This document shows positions 29,358 through 37,955 of a stretch of DNA of 64,000 nucleotides, in pieces. The notes under the pieces were generated by a model that saw nothing but the letters and a program-made list of their open reading frames with translations, was not told the origin of the DNA and ran no database searches. The position numbers and the translations under genes are program-made. The stretch lies in the NCBI GenBank assembly GCA_964530135.1, contig CAZGXN010000004.1, forward strand, positions 15,983 to 79,982, written 5' to 3'. The DNA is from an uncultured Bdellovibrionales bacterium (GTDB lineage Bacteria > Patescibacteriota > Minisyncoccia > Moranbacterales > UBA1568). Numbering within the stretch: the first letter of the stretch is position 1; each line of letters begins with the position of its first letter.

Positions 29358-30506
29358 ATGCTGACTATCCTGATATTTGTTTTGGTTCTTGGTGTGTTGG
29401 TGTTTGTCCATGAACTTGGTCACTTTGTTGTTGCGCGAATGAATGGTATCAAAGCCGATGAGTTTGGCTTTGGTTTCCCGCCGCGTATATTTGGTTTTGT
29501 CAAAGATACTACGACTGGACGCTATCGGATTGTCCGAGGTAATGCTGAGGTGGTGAGCCCACACACAGTGTATTCATTGAACTGGATTCCGTTGGGTGGT
29601 TTTGTGAAAATTAAAGGTGAAGATCGAAATAGCGTTCAAGATGTCGACAGTTTTGCTGGACGGAGCGCCTGGACGAGGGTCAAGGTACTGGGTGCGGGGG
29701 TCGTCATGAATTTCCTCCTTGCTTGGGTACTTTTTTCGATTGTGCTCATGTTGGGTTTTCCTGAGCAGATCGATCCAGCTGAGCGGGGAAAGTATGCACA
29801 GACGGATGTTCAGATTCTCCAGGTCCAACCCAACACACCGGCAGCTGAGATTGGACTGAAGGCAGGGGATATCATTCTTGCAATTGATACCGTTCCAGTA
29901 ACGACACTGGAAGCCGTCTCTCGATATATTTATGAGCATCGTGGACAATCGATTGTAGTACATGTTCGGCGGGGTGGAGCGGAACTCTCGCTCATAGGAA
30001 TGCCTCGTCTTTCAGCTCCTGAAGGAGAAGGAGCACTCGGTATCAGTTTTTCTGAGACAGCGATTGTTCGGTATCCATGGTATCGAGCGATCCAGCTTGG
30101 TTTTGAACAGACCTATGTAAAAACTGCAGAAATCCTTGGTGCCTTGGGAGGGTTGGTAACGAGTATGTTTACTGGTGCGAAGACAGAGGTGGATATTGCG
30201 GGACCGGTCGGTATCGTGACATTGACAAAACAAATGTCCGAACTTGGTCTGACATACCTCCTCTACTTTGCCGCCATCCTCTCTATCAATCTCGGTATCA
30301 TCAATATCTTGCCGATACCCGCACTTGATGGCGGACGCATTCTTTTTGTGTTGATTGAGAAATTAAAAGGATCGCCCGTAAGCACTCGGATTGAGGGGTA
30401 TGTACATCAAGTTGGATTCATCCTTCTTATTCTTCTCATGGTTCTTGTTACACTGAACGATATTTTTCGCTTAGAGTTTTGGGGTCGTTTTTCTGGTTGG
30501 TTTTGA
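29358..30506 (+). CDS. rseP: RIP site-2 metalloprotease RseP (M50 family)
   Basis: HELGH zinc motif in TM1, a PDZ domain, and the C-terminal LDGG motif (LPIPALDGGRILF). Confidence 0.85.
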   Translation: MLTILIFVLVLGVLVFVHELGHFVVARMNGIKADEFGFGFPPRIFGFVKDTTTGRYRIVRGNAEVVSPHTVYSLNWIPLGGFVKIKGEDRNSVQDVDSFAGRSAWTRVKVLGAGVVMNFLLAWVLFSIVLMLGFPEQIDPAERGKYAQTDVQILQVQPNTPAAEIGLKAGDIILAIDTVPVTTLEAVSRYIYEHRGQSIVVHVRRGGAELSLIGMPRLSAPEGEGALGISFSETAIVRYPWYRAIQLGFEQTYVKTAEILGALGGLVTSMFTGAKTEVDIAGPVGIVTLTKQMSELGLTYLLYFAAILSINLGIINILPIPALDGGRILFVLIEKLKGSPVSTRIEGYVHQVGFILLILLMVLVTLNDIFRLEFWGRFSGWF

Positions 30507-30532
30507 ACCTGGGCTGAAAACATTTTTTCCAA

Positions 30533-30563
30533 AGGGGCTATATTGACAAAAAGCCTCTTTTTT
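30533..30563 (+). terminator. candidate intrinsic terminator overlapping the next promoter
   Basis: AGGGGCT (30533-39) pairs with AGCCTCT (30552-58) with one G·U, followed by TTTTT. The 12-nt loop contains the TTGACA of the downstream promoter. Confidence 0.35.
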
Positions 30564-30571
30564 GCTACTAT
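30543..30571 (+). promoter_or_regulatory. sigma70 promoter TTGACA-17-TACTAT
   Basis: TTGACA at 30543-48 and TACTAT at 30566-71. It shares an extended motif with the promoter at 43752. Confidence 0.5.
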
Positions 30572-30601
30572 CCAGCGTTACTTCATTATGCCTCAAACAC
30601 T

Positions 30602-31249
30602 ATGCCGATGACGAATATTTTGGCTCTATTGTGGGAAAAGAAAGGAAGCGTGTTCCTTTTTGGATTTTTTATTGCGGCAGCAGTATTCTTCACTGAAACA
30701 CTTATTTCTCCGCGTTATGCTGTACGCACAGATTTCATGGTGCTCCAGTCATCTGGCTCACAAGATTTCTATACCCTTTTTAAATCGTCCGAATATTTGG
30801 GGAAAATCCTCTCCGAATCAATGTACAGTGAACGGTTCATCAATGCTGTTATTGAAACGGGGAAGGTAAGCGAGCGGGGATTTCTACCAACGGATAAGCG
30901 TGCCCGACTGAAGGCGTGGCGCTCGATGGTGAGTGTAGAAAAGAATATCGAGCTCGGTATACTCTCGGTAACGGTGAAGTCCGATACTGAACGGGAAGCG
31001 AGTAAGACGATGGAAGCGATATCCGATGTACTTATCAATCGCAATCATGAATTCCGTGGAGGTGAAGAGAAGGCGGTTGAGGTTCGCATCCTCTCGGGAC
31101 CGATTGCTGATCGCAATCCGACGCCAAAAGAACTCGTAATACTATCGCTCCTCGGATTTTTTGCGGGCGTGTTTGTTTACGCTATGTGGTTGGCGCTGAA
31201 GATGCTTGATCGAACGGGGACGAAAAGTACTTCGTTCGCTCAGCGATAA
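30602..31249 (+). CDS. Wzz/PCP-like polysaccharide chain-length determinant (small form)
   Basis: N-terminal TM helix, periplasmic segment, C-terminal TM helix (LVILSLLGFFAGVFVYAMWL). This is the Wzz topology. Confidence 0.45.
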   Translation: MPMTNILALLWEKKGSVFLFGFFIAAAVFFTETLISPRYAVRTDFMVLQSSGSQDFYTLFKSSEYLGKILSESMYSERFINAVIETGKVSERGFLPTDKRARLKAWRSMVSVEKNIELGILSVTVKSDTEREASKTMEAISDVLINRNHEFRGGEEKAVEVRILSGPIADRNPTPKELVILSLLGFFAGVFVYAMWLALKMLDRTGTKSTSFAQR

Positions 31250-31418
31250 GTTTTTTTGAGAAGAGGCTTTGACCATGTCCTGCAGCCGCAGGCAGGCGCA
31301 AGCCTCCTCTGGATTGTTTCTCTTTCGAGGGGGATGTTCCAGAGGATAGAATCGAAAAAGTTCGTTTAAAACTTACTGCTTACAAATCTCAAGCTCTCAA
31401 CAGTTCAAGGAGTTCGTC

Positions 31419-32270
31419 ATGCGAAGAAAAATCTTGCTCGCTGCAAGTATGGCTCTGACATTCCTCGCCGGCTGTTCGTCTCTTCCTCGCGAAAGCGGGT
31501 ACGAAGTGCGGACAGTTCAAGCCGAGGGGCGCCAGGAGCCCTGGCAGAACCGCGCGATTCGTCGCGAAGTGTTCAGTCCCGGTGGAGTGGCGGTCGTCTA
31601 TGTCAGATTGCCGCAACCCATCCCTGACCGGTGGAAGAAGGAATTCGTTGATCCGGCCCGTACCTATGAAGTGCGGGATGGTCAGCGCAAAGTCCGGAAG
31701 CCCCTGTTCCGTGAAGTGTTTCGTGCGATTGCGTTTATGGACGCTGGGGAAACTCAGACCTATGACGCGGTCCTCGATCGGGAGGTGCGAGGCTTCAGTG
31801 TCTTCGTGCCGCTCACGGATGCCGAGCGCATCCGAGGTAAGTCGCTCCTCATTCTGTCTTCGGACGGGAAGTGGGGGATGACAGTCCTCGGCGTGCTTGT
31901 GGAGTTCGAAAAGGGGCTCGCCCCCGATCGGCTTCCGATTGGATTCTTCACGACTCATCCGTCCACTGTGACGCAAGTGATTCGTTTAGATCCGATCGAC
32001 AATGAGCATGCCCGCCTGGCCCTTGATGGTGTGGCGGCAGCGTTTCCGGTGCAGTTTTCGCTTCGGGACAAGAATGGATCATATGTCGGGAAGTCCGACA
32101 TCGCTACCGTCCTCGCCGAGTTTACCTCGGTCGATGGCGTGGCAGATCGGCTGATCTCATGCACGAGCCTCAAGCTCGGTCTGGAGTCAGCATCGGCACT
32201 CCCTATTGTCGCGACACTGTACAGTTATCAAGCTGTGCGTGCCGTGGTGAAGGAGGATTGTTTGAAGTAG
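31419..32270 (+). CDS. lipoprotein, hypothetical (GC-rich island gene A)
   Basis: Signal peptide with lipobox LAGC. SD CAAGGAG lies 8 nt upstream. Composition is GC-rich. No known motif. Confidence 0.5.
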   Translation: MRRKILLAASMALTFLAGCSSLPRESGYEVRTVQAEGRQEPWQNRAIRREVFSPGGVAVVYVRLPQPIPDRWKKEFVDPARTYEVRDGQRKVRKPLFREVFRAIAFMDAGETQTYDAVLDREVRGFSVFVPLTDAERIRGKSLLILSSDGKWGMTVLGVLVEFEKGLAPDRLPIGFFTTHPSTVTQVIRLDPIDNEHARLALDGVAAAFPVQFSLRDKNGSYVGKSDIATVLAEFTSVDGVADRLISCTSLKLGLESASALPIVATLYSYQAVRAVVKEDCLK

Positions 32271-32293
32271 AGTGAAAGAAAGGAGAGCTCACC

Positions 32294-32410
32294 ATGAGCG
32301 ACCCAGTTGTCTTGAAACTGTCCAGGTATCAAGCGTGGGTCGCCTCAATCGACCCACCTTTATTCCTGAGTTCCCTCATTGAATTCATGGCTGAAGGAGG
32401 CCGAACATGA
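32294..32410 (+). CDS. small protein (38 aa), hypothetical, translationally coupled to LysM gene
   Basis: AAGGAG at 32279-84 then ATG 32294. Product is MSDPVVLKLSRYQAWVASIDPPLFLSSLIEFMAEGGRT. Its 3' end carries the GAAGGAGG SD of the next gene and the ATGA stop/start overlap at 32407-32410. Confidence 0.25.
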   Translation: MSDPVVLKLSRYQAWVASIDPPLFLSSLIEFMAEGGRT

Positions 32411-34308
32411 CTGATCGAATCCCTCAAACCGGCACTCCTATCCTGGATGCCAAATCAAAACGTCCTGTCTGGCATTGGATCATTGGAGTCCTACTCCTCT
32501 GTTTCACGGCCTGGATTATCTGGGACATTAACTTCAATCAGGAGAAGCAACCCGTTCACTCAGTATCGCAGTCTGTCTTTGTACCGATTGCTGCTACTCC
32601 GAGTGCTTCGGCACCGGAAACAGTGGCTTCGACGGGTACGCCTGTACCTGTTGCACCGCCCAAGACCTACACAGTTGAACAGGGTGACTGGCTCTCGCTG
32701 GTTTTCCCGAACAATTGGAAGGCGGTGTGCGACCTGAACGCCAAAATCCTGAAGAAGGGTTGCAGCCACATTGTCGCCGGCCAAGAGTTGCAGCTCCCCG
32801 TCGGCGTCGAGCCAACGGAAAAGAGTGCTCGCGCCGCGAAGCCCAAAATGGTTAAGGCCCCCAGGCCCCAAACCACCACGGCTCCGATCGCTGCCACGCC
32901 CAAGACAAATGCTGCAGGCGAAATCCTGTATCGTCGCGTCGGCACAGCACCCTTGAATGGTTGCGGGAAGCGCGACATCGCTGACATCAGCCGCGATGCA
33001 TGGGAAGTGCTCGGTCTGTCGAAGGACGACCAGGCATGGCTCCAGCTGAACGCTGATCTCGCTAACGGTCCACGCATCAACATCACGGCCGCCGAAGGTT
33101 TGGCGAAGCTCGATACTGATACCCGCTTGGAACAAGTTACCTTCTGCCGCAAGGGCACGGTGGTCTCTCGGGGTCCCATGCGTACTGCGTGGGATGCCGA
33201 TCAAGCGGTCTATGGTGAGCGTTTCGTACTCCCGTCGGGCAAGGTGCTCGTCTGGATGCGGAATTGCTTTAACTGGGTCATCCTCCCCGAGGAGAAGAAG
33301 GAGCCACCTGCTCCTCCTCCGCCTCCCGCGGAGTCCCCAGTCGTGCCAACTCCGGCACCACCTACGCCGATACCCGAACCAAGTGCTTCCGTTCCGGTGG
33401 CCGAAGCGCCCAAGGGAATCTGTGACCGATTTGATCCGCACGCGGTCATCGGTCAGGAGTACGAGCCCAGGCATGACGGTGGCGATCGAGCTGATTCGAG
33501 CTATCTGTCGGCCGCACTGTTCTGCACCTGGTACGACGAAAAGCGTCAAGGGACTCACGGCCTCGGTCTGAGTCTGACTGCTTCTACTTGGAGCGGTACC
33601 GTCAATCAGCGTGCAGGAAAGTATCAGGGCAATATGCATCTGGTCGGACCGGCATACGAGTTCATCTCGGATAACGGCTGGGACGCAACCGTCTCAGTCC
33701 CGATGGTGGGCCGTCTCCACGAAAAGTTCAGTCAGGACCAGTACCGTTCACAGCGGGACTTCAGCCTGATCGGTCTTTCGGCCGGCTACAACAACTACGA
33801 ACGCCGCCTCCGCGGTGAAAAGTGGTTTCCCGAAACGCAAGTCTTTGGGACCTGGGCCAAGCCGCTTTCACGCACGGTCGCACATAGCTGGGAAGGTCAG
33901 CCGATTGCCGATACCGCGGAGCTTTCCCGGTTCGACACCTACCTCAATTTGGGGGTGCGTCAATGGCTGTACGAGACCGATGAATCGCTAGTGCTGCCGT
34001 ACGCACAGCTCGGCTATTTCCTCGAGTCCCCAGGATCTGAATCTCTCAGTGTTCGTATGGGCATCTCTGACCCCGCGAGAATCGTGGGTGTCGGAGTGGG
34101 GTTCGATCATGATCTGGAGCGTGGTGGTGATGTTGCGGCCTGGGGCTGGTGGCTGGATGTCGCGAAAGGCATCCAAGTCGGGCGGTCCAAATACCGTAAA
34201 CATCAGATCCTCGTCGATGCAGAGCGTCGCGGGATTACGGTCGAGGAAAACCGTCGAGGCTACATCGAAAGCATCCGCTTCGGTGAACCCAAGCCTGATA
34301 AGCAGTAA
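32407..34308 (+). CDS. LysM domain membrane-anchored protein with Pro-rich linker (island gene B)
   Basis: TM helix at residues 22-40. LysM-like YTVEQGDWLSLVF…IVAGQELQLP. Linker PPAPPPPPAESPVVPTPAPPTPIPEP. Unknown C-terminal domain of about 300 aa. Confidence 0.55.
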   Translation: MTDRIPQTGTPILDAKSKRPVWHWIIGVLLLCFTAWIIWDINFNQEKQPVHSVSQSVFVPIAATPSASAPETVASTGTPVPVAPPKTYTVEQGDWLSLVFPNNWKAVCDLNAKILKKGCSHIVAGQELQLPVGVEPTEKSARAAKPKMVKAPRPQTTTAPIAATPKTNAAGEILYRRVGTAPLNGCGKRDIADISRDAWEVLGLSKDDQAWLQLNADLANGPRINITAAEGLAKLDTDTRLEQVTFCRKGTVVSRGPMRTAWDADQAVYGERFVLPSGKVLVWMRNCFNWVILPEEKKEPPAPPPPPAESPVVPTPAPPTPIPEPSASVPVAEAPKGICDRFDPHAVIGQEYEPRHDGGDRADSSYLSAALFCTWYDEKRQGTHGLGLSLTASTWSGTVNQRAGKYQGNMHLVGPAYEFISDNGWDATVSVPMVGRLHEKFSQDQYRSQRDFSLIGLSAGYNNYERRLRGEKWFPETQVFGTWAKPLSRTVAHSWEGQPIADTAELSRFDTYLNLGVRQWLYETDESLVLPYAQLGYFLESPGSESLSVRMGISDPARIVGVGVGFDHDLERGGDVAAWGWWLDVAKGIQVGRSKYRKHQILVDAERRGITVEENRRGYIESIRFGEPKPDKQ

Positions 34309-34335
34309 GTCCAAAGTCGGGGGATTCTCCCGCAG

Positions 34336-34370
34336 GGCGGCGTCGAGCACATTCGACCCGCCTTTTTCTT
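34336..34370 (+). terminator. intrinsic terminator
   Basis: GGCGG-c-GTCGA gcacat TCGAC-CCGCC hairpin followed by TTTTTCTTTG. Confidence 0.55.
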
Positions 34371-34531
34371 TGCTTACAACTCTACATAATTTTATTGATG
34401 TCTTATCTCGGTTATTTTATTGGGGTTGACCCGGTTTAGAAAAAACTTTAGAAATTTAAGTGTGGCTTTCGAGAAGCTTATCGGTTAATTTTTTATGATT
34501 TTCCTTTTCAGGCAAGCCCTTTCTAGCGGGG

Positions 34532-34560
34532 TTGACAAAAACCAGATTCCCCCCTAGTAT
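34532..34560 (+). promoter_or_regulatory. sigma70 promoter TTGACA-17-TAGTAT
   Basis: TTGACA at 34532-37 and TAGTAT at 34555-60, about 100 nt upstream of island gene C. Confidence 0.5.
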
Positions 34561-34661
34561 GAGGAGTCATCTTTCTGTCCGGCATTTCCCGGCAGGGGAA
34601 TGGCGAACTCACTTCTTTCCCAACCTCTTTCCACTACAGCCTCAAAGGAGGGGCTTGCATC

Positions 34662-35390
34662 ATGAAGACTCGCTTCATTACTTTTTTCTGGGCGTGCGCT
34701 ACGCTCATCACCCTGCCGAGCATTGTGCTCGCTCAGGCCACCAAGACCCTGGCTGTTCAGGGATATACCGACTCGGCTGGCAATACGCTGCCAGGCGGTG
34801 ATACCCGAATGACCGTCACTTCTGACGGCAAGACGACGACCATGCGGCTGGCCAACTTGTACGCTTACGGTGAAGCCGGCACACGGCCGGACGAGAATGG
34901 CAAGCGCGAGGCCTGGTATGGTGCCAATAAGGTGTACTTCGCCGGTGGCACTGTCTATGCCATGAAGCTCGGCAATGATTGGCGCGGCAGCCGTACGGCG
35001 GCCTCAGTCGATCTGAAGGCTGACAATGGGCTGGCTATCTTGGCTCAGGGCAAGATCGGCGACAATGAAGTTACGCTGACCTTCCCGTCGCGCAAGGCAG
35101 CGGCGAATGTCAAGTGGGACTGCCAGCCGCTCAATTACTTGCTCGTCAAAGCGGATGGCAAGCGCGCCTGGCTTGGCCACCCGGGCTGGGCGACGTCGAA
35201 CACAGCGTCAAGTATTGGGGACTTCACCGTTCTCGCGGACAATGACAAGCGGTTTCCGGCCCAAGCCGTCTGCTACGACGCCAATGGCCAAGTGGTCAGG
35301 TTGACGCCGGCGATGCGCGCCGAGCTGGCCAAGGTCATCCAGCCCCCGGCTGGTGCGAAGGAAGCAACTGCCCAGGCCAACGAGCAGTAA
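34662..35390 (+). CDS. secreted protein, hypothetical (island gene C)
   Basis: SD AAGGAGG. Signal peptide MKTRFITFFWACATLITLPSIVLAQA. No known domain. Confidence 0.5.
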   Translation: MKTRFITFFWACATLITLPSIVLAQATKTLAVQGYTDSAGNTLPGGDTRMTVTSDGKTTTMRLANLYAYGEAGTRPDENGKREAWYGANKVYFAGGTVYAMKLGNDWRGSRTAASVDLKADNGLAILAQGKIGDNEVTLTFPSRKAAANVKWDCQPLNYLLVKADGKRAWLGHPGWATSNTASSIGDFTVLADNDKRFPAQAVCYDANGQVVRLTPAMRAELAKVIQPPAGAKEATAQANEQ

Positions 35391-35414
35391 ATCAACTGTC
35401 TTCGCGGCCCACAC

Positions 35415-35461
35415 GGGCCCCCATCGAGCGTAATGCGTTCACCGGGGGCCCGATTTTTTTT
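35415..35461 (+). terminator. intrinsic terminator
   Basis: Perfect 8-bp GGGCCCCC/GGGGGCCC stem followed by T8. Confidence 0.6.
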
Positions 35462-35540
35462 ACGCAATAAGATTTTAAATAGTCGTTCATTAGAGTTTAA
35501 GAATGGCTTGTATAAAGCTTAAAATGTTGTTATCTTTGTG

Positions 35541-35569
35541 TTGACAGAATAGTAAATTTATAGTAGACT
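35541..35569 (+). promoter_or_regulatory. sigma70 promoter TTGACA-17-TAGACT
   Basis: TTGACA at 35541-46. The TATAGT/TAGACT region is 12-17 nt downstream. It is upstream of island gene D. Confidence 0.4.
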
Positions 35570-35652
35570 CGGGAGTCAATTCTGGGCTTGAAAAAGTCCG
35601 GCATTGGCGGATTTTTCACCCGTCCCTTTCCAATCTGAATAAGGAGATTGCC

Positions 35653-36213
35653 ATGCAATCCAAGTCTTTCGCGTTTCCCCATCGCCGTTTCGTCATCTCG
35701 CTTCTCTTTGCCTTTCTCATCGCGGCTGCGTTTGCGCTCGTCTCCAAGACGGCTCAGGCGCAGACCGTCGCCGGCTATCCCACCCAGGGCAGTTCAGCCA
35801 TCACGAGTGTCGTCTCCAAGAGCGCCGGCCAAGCCGAGATCACCATCACCGGCGTCGCGCTGAAGTCGGGCCTGTCCTACTGCCTTATCGGTGTCGGTCA
35901 CGGCAACTGGTACGGCAGTGCTACCCGGGTGCAGCTCGACAAGATCGGCTGCGCCCAGCCCGTCGGCGGCAAGGTCGTTGTCCCGATTCGTCTCGAGTCC
36001 AAGCGCTATGAGGTGAATGGTGCGACAATCGGCTATGTCCCGATCGGGGTGGACGCTGAAGGCAAGATTGCCACTTGGCCACCCAAGCCGACGGGCTCAC
36101 TGCCGTTCGAACGGTCGAATGGCACCAAAGACGACATCGTCGCTGTCCATTGGACGGCCGGCGGTATCGCGCAGCTCGCCACGGCCCAACAGGCCATGAC
36201 CATCAACGACTAG
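35653..36213 (+). CDS. secreted protein, hypothetical (island gene D)
   Basis: SD AAGGAG. Signal peptide …LIAAAFALVSKTAQAQ. No known domain. Confidence 0.5.
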   Translation: MQSKSFAFPHRRFVISLLFAFLIAAAFALVSKTAQAQTVAGYPTQGSSAITSVVSKSAGQAEITITGVALKSGLSYCLIGVGHGNWYGSATRVQLDKIGCAQPVGGKVVVPIRLESKRYEVNGATIGYVPIGVDAEGKIATWPPKPTGSLPFERSNGTKDDIVAVHWTAGGIAQLATAQQAMTIND

Positions 36214-36223
36214 GAGGTCGAAA

Positions 36224-36970
36224 TTGAACAAGCAATTCGCTGCCGCGCTCGTAGCACTTTCTCTGTCGGGGTTCGCCCTGGCTCAGAACTGCACGCGGGA
36301 CATGCCCGATCGTGTCATCCCACAGGCGGGCGATAAGGGTATCGCCATGTTCGCAGAAGAAACCGTCAAGGAAGAATACCGTCCTCCGAAGAAGATGGCC
36401 GAGCGCCAGTTCGACCATGCGGTTGGCATGTGGAACGCTGTGACGGCGTACCCCTGCGATCGTGGCCGGCCAGCAAACATCGAGTTCCAGAGCTTCGAAA
36501 TCGTCCGCCTCGATCCATCGACGGGCAAGCTCATCCCTGAGCTCACACTCCGGTTCGATGGCACGGGCGGCTCATCATTCGATGGTGGTGGCCAATGGCA
36601 CCGCTCGCCCGAGTGGTTCATCTCGGGCCAGCCCGAGCGCCAGCCGACGGTGGCCAGCACCCGGAGTAGCGTCTTCATGGTCGACCTCAAGTCGATCCCG
36701 AAGGCGATCGTCCACATGTGGACGAGTCGTACCCCGGCCATGGCAGGCCAGGTCTATGGCATTCGAGCGAAGGTCCGTGTTACTGGCGATGCACGTCTGC
36801 AGCTCGCCATGGACTATTGGAAGGGTCGCGACAGCGCCTACAACGGCTGGACGCCAGGTTGTACTGGGTCCAACAACTGTGAAGCCTGGCTCGGGGACTG
36901 GTACGGCGACACGGGTGGCAAGTTCGTCACCATCGTCTCGCCGCGCACGCTCCTCGGCAACTCCCATTAG
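36224..36970 (+). CDS. secreted Cys-containing protein, hypothetical (island gene E, paralog 1)
   Basis: TTG start 6 nt after SD AGGAGG and 11 nt after the gene D stop. Signal peptide. It shares conserved blocks with the downstream paralog (VTAYPCDRG; VRVTGDARLQLAMDYW; GWTPGCTGSNNCEAWLGDW). Confidence 0.5.
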   Translation: MNKQFAAALVALSLSGFALAQNCTRDMPDRVIPQAGDKGIAMFAEETVKEEYRPPKKMAERQFDHAVGMWNAVTAYPCDRGRPANIEFQSFEIVRLDPSTGKLIPELTLRFDGTGGSSFDGGGQWHRSPEWFISGQPERQPTVASTRSSVFMVDLKSIPKAIVHMWTSRTPAMAGQVYGIRAKVRVTGDARLQLAMDYWKGRDSAYNGWTPGCTGSNNCEAWLGDWYGDTGGKFVTIVSPRTLLGNSH

Positions 36971-36996
36971 CTAGCGGCAACGCCACACCCCTCAAG

Positions 36997-37039
36997 GCCC
37001 CAATGGATTTCACATCCGGCGGGGCATTTTCTTTTTTTA
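36997..37039 (+). terminator. intrinsic terminator (copy 1 of duplicated module)
   Basis: GCCCCAATGGAT ttcac ATCCGGCGGGGC imperfect hairpin followed by ATTTTCTTTTTTT. Confidence 0.45.
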
Positions 37040-37060
37040 AAGTGAACAGGATTTTAACCA

Positions 37061-37089
37061 TTGACAAAAGAATTATTTTATACTATTAT
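37061..37089 (+). promoter_or_regulatory. sigma70 promoter TTGACA-17-TATTAT
   Basis: TTGACA at 37061-66 and TATTAT at 37084-89, upstream of paralog 2. Confidence 0.5.
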
Positions 37090-37162
37090 CATATGTCATT
37101 TCCAGACACTTCCGTTTGGAAGTGACATCCCTTTTGCCCCTTACCAACAAGGAGTCATCGCC

Positions 37163-37933
37163 ATGCAGGCACACTGGAAACGACATTTTTTCACCCTCTT
37201 TATCGCTTTGGGAATGACCTCAGCTATGGCCCAGTCTCTGTACGAGGTCTGTCCGAGTCCGGTGCCAACTGCCAATCCAACCGTGCCGCAAGGTGTGGCG
37301 GCTGGTGATCCGGCATTCTTCGCGAGTGAAACTATCGCGCCGGAGTATCGGCCGTCGCAACTGATGGCCGACAACGGCTTCAACTACCTCGTCGGCATGC
37401 TGAACATTGTGACCGTGTATCCATGCGATCGCGGCAAAGCGGCGACGGTAGAATTGAAAGCGCTCCGCGTCATCCGCAAGGACCCAAACAGCGGGTATGA
37501 GACAGTCGAACAACTCGTAACATTCGGCAATGGATGGAATCTGCCCAATGGCCTGGTTTACAAGACCTTTTATCGCCAGCCGGGTTGGTTCACGAGTGGT
37601 GAGCCAACGATCCAGCCGACGCTCGTCGGAATCGGCAAACAGATTTATACGGTCAATGTGAAATCTATTCCGAAGGGTATCTACCATGCGTGGACTGCTC
37701 CGCGTGTGGCTGCTGTACCAGGCCATCCGTACTTCGTCGAAGTCGTGGTCCGTGTGACCGGCGACGCGCGCCTGCAGCTCGGTATGGACTATTGGCGTGG
37801 TAGCACCTCAGACTACACTGGTTGGACGCCAGGTTGTACTGGGTCCAACAACTGTCAGGCCTGGCTTTCCAATTGGCTCGGCGACACCCGCGGCAAGTTC
37901 GTCACCTGGCGTGCACCAAGCATGATGTTTTAG
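37163..37933 (+). CDS. secreted Cys-containing protein, hypothetical (island gene E', paralog 2)
   Basis: SD AAGGAG at 37149-54 then ATG 37163. Signal peptide FFTLFIALGMTSAMAQS. Conserved blocks VTVYPCDRGK, VRVTGDARLQLGMDYW and GWTPGCTGSNNCQAWLSNW are shared with paralog 1. A 32-nt stretch is identical between the copies. Confidence 0.5.
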   Translation: MQAHWKRHFFTLFIALGMTSAMAQSLYEVCPSPVPTANPTVPQGVAAGDPAFFASETIAPEYRPSQLMADNGFNYLVGMLNIVTVYPCDRGKAATVELKALRVIRKDPNSGYETVEQLVTFGNGWNLPNGLVYKTFYRQPGWFTSGEPTIQPTLVGIGKQIYTVNVKSIPKGIYHAWTAPRVAAVPGHPYFVEVVVRVTGDARLQLGMDYWRGSTSDYTGWTPGCTGSNNCQAWLSNWLGDTRGKFVTWRAPSMMF

Positions 37934-37955
37934 CGGCAACGCCGCACCTCTCAAG

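Noticed and set aside
31290-31320. Near-palindrome CCTGCAGCCGCAGG after the wzz-like gene as a terminator
   Set aside because: It has no loop and no U-tract. It is unlikely to be a functional intrinsic terminator.
32560-33639. 359-aa antisense ORF inside the LysM protein gene
   Set aside because: It lies entirely within the GC-rich plus-strand gene. High GC removes stop codons on the opposite strand. The product is Arg/Pro/Ser-rich and low complexity, and there is no SD.
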